Made by a program: the position numbers and the translations under genes. Below are positions 63,284 to 64,000 of a DNA stretch of 64,000 nt, piece after piece (within the stretch, counting starts at the first letter, position 1; each line of letters opens with the position of its first letter). Origin of the DNA: Opitutales bacterium (GTDB lineage Bacteria; Verrucomicrobiota; Verrucomicrobiia; Opitutales; UBA2987). The stretch lies in contig CBDDEL010000013.1 in assembly GCA_965226885.1 (NCBI GenBank), positions 498,710 to 562,709 on the forward strand. The letters are read 5' to 3'. The notes beneath the pieces are model-generated. The model was given only the letters and a program-made list of their open reading frames with translations, was not told the origin of the DNA and did not search any database.

Positions 63284-64000
63284 GTAGTGTATAAAAAAAG
63301 AATGTTATTTTGTATTTTTAGCTGTACAAATAGCGTTAGGCAGTTTATTCTTAGTGCATGGTTACTAAAATTATTAATTGTCGGCACTGTGGAAGTGAAA
63401 ATATCATTAAATTTGGCAAGACGCCCAACCATAAGCAGCGCTACCGCTGCCATGATTGTGGTAAACAAAGCCGCGAAAACCCCACAGTGAAATACACCGA
63501 AGAGCAAAAAGAAATGATCCTTCGAGTCTATCAGGAACGCAGCAGTCTACGCGGTTTACAGCGCGCCTTCGGGGTGAGTCCCAACACCGTTTTGAGTTGG
63601 TTAAAAAAAACGACAATCGCTGCGACCGCTCAAAAGCACGATTCTTGCGGCCCGCCGCCATGATGTCATTGAACTGGACGAACTGTGGTCTTTTGTGGGG
63701 CGCAAGAGCGATGCCCAATGGGTTTGGATCGCTCTTTGCCGACGCACCCGTCAAATCCTCTCCTATGCCATTGGGCCTCGGGATTGGTATCGTTGCCGGG
63801 AACTTTACGAGCGTCTGCCACGGGCCTACAAAAGATGTGCCACCTACAGCGACTTTTGGAGCACTTATGATGAAGTCTTTCCTCATAACCGATCCGTGGG
63901 AAAAGAAACCGGTGAAACGGCCCATGTGGAACGATGGAACAATACCCTGCGCCAACGACTGGGTCGTTTCACACGCAAAACCCTCTCCTTTTCCAAGCTT
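63283..64000 (+). mobile_element. IS1-family element (runs off the window end)
   Basis: Left IR ggtagtgtataaaa; InsA 63358-63663; InsB continues past 64000. Confidence 0.94.

Noticed and set aside
62872..63507. 211-aa ORF as a novel fusion transposase
   Set aside because: Antisense IS1 sequence plus palindrome plus an IS3 fragment; a junction by-product.
1..64000. CRISPR array, tRNA or rRNA
   Set aside because: Repeats occur only as adjacent pairs or IS copies; no spaced repeat array or RNA gene structure was recognised.

Overview
Bacterial chromosomal window of moderate GC; the gene content is reminiscent of PVC-superphylum/Verrucomicrobia-like organisms (inference only). It holds (i) a ~30 kb accessory catabolic island (16.1-46.6 kb): three family-5 ABC solute-binding lipoproteins, DppB/C permeases, an OprD-like porin, two paralogs of an uncharacterised ~445-aa protein, an FGE/PA14/sialidase-like multidomain protein, a beta-helix protein, a Tat-signal DgoD-like dehydratase, a C-N hydrolase, PhoD, a Tat sulfatase, UxaE and a Gfo/Idh/MocA oxidoreductase; (ii) housekeeping/stress genes (DEAD-box helicase, ABC-F, glpK, pspF/pspA/pspB/pspC with a sigma54 promoter, cysC-cysD-cysN, a FadB-like enzyme); and (iii) many near-identical IS copies (IS1380 x3, IS3 x4, IS1 x4, IS630 x1), mostly piled into three nested clusters. 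The most striking unexplained signal is a set of exact head-to-tail micro-duplications (9-27 bp, 0-1 bp junction microhomology) that frameshift a sensor kinase, a multidomain enzyme and a transposase, add residues to other proteins, and in one case bypass a stop codon so that an unknown protein is fused to a porin. IS copies also differ by an unusual transversion-rich set of substitutions. Together these suggest an active break-and-fill or scar-forming mutational process in a genome under relaxed selection; an amplification/assembly artefact must be excluded with reads. Also notable: a 32-aa PspB-transmembrane paralog inside the psp operon and a 64-bp perfect fold-back palindrome at an IS3/IS1 junction. 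No rRNA, tRNA or CRISPR array was seen.
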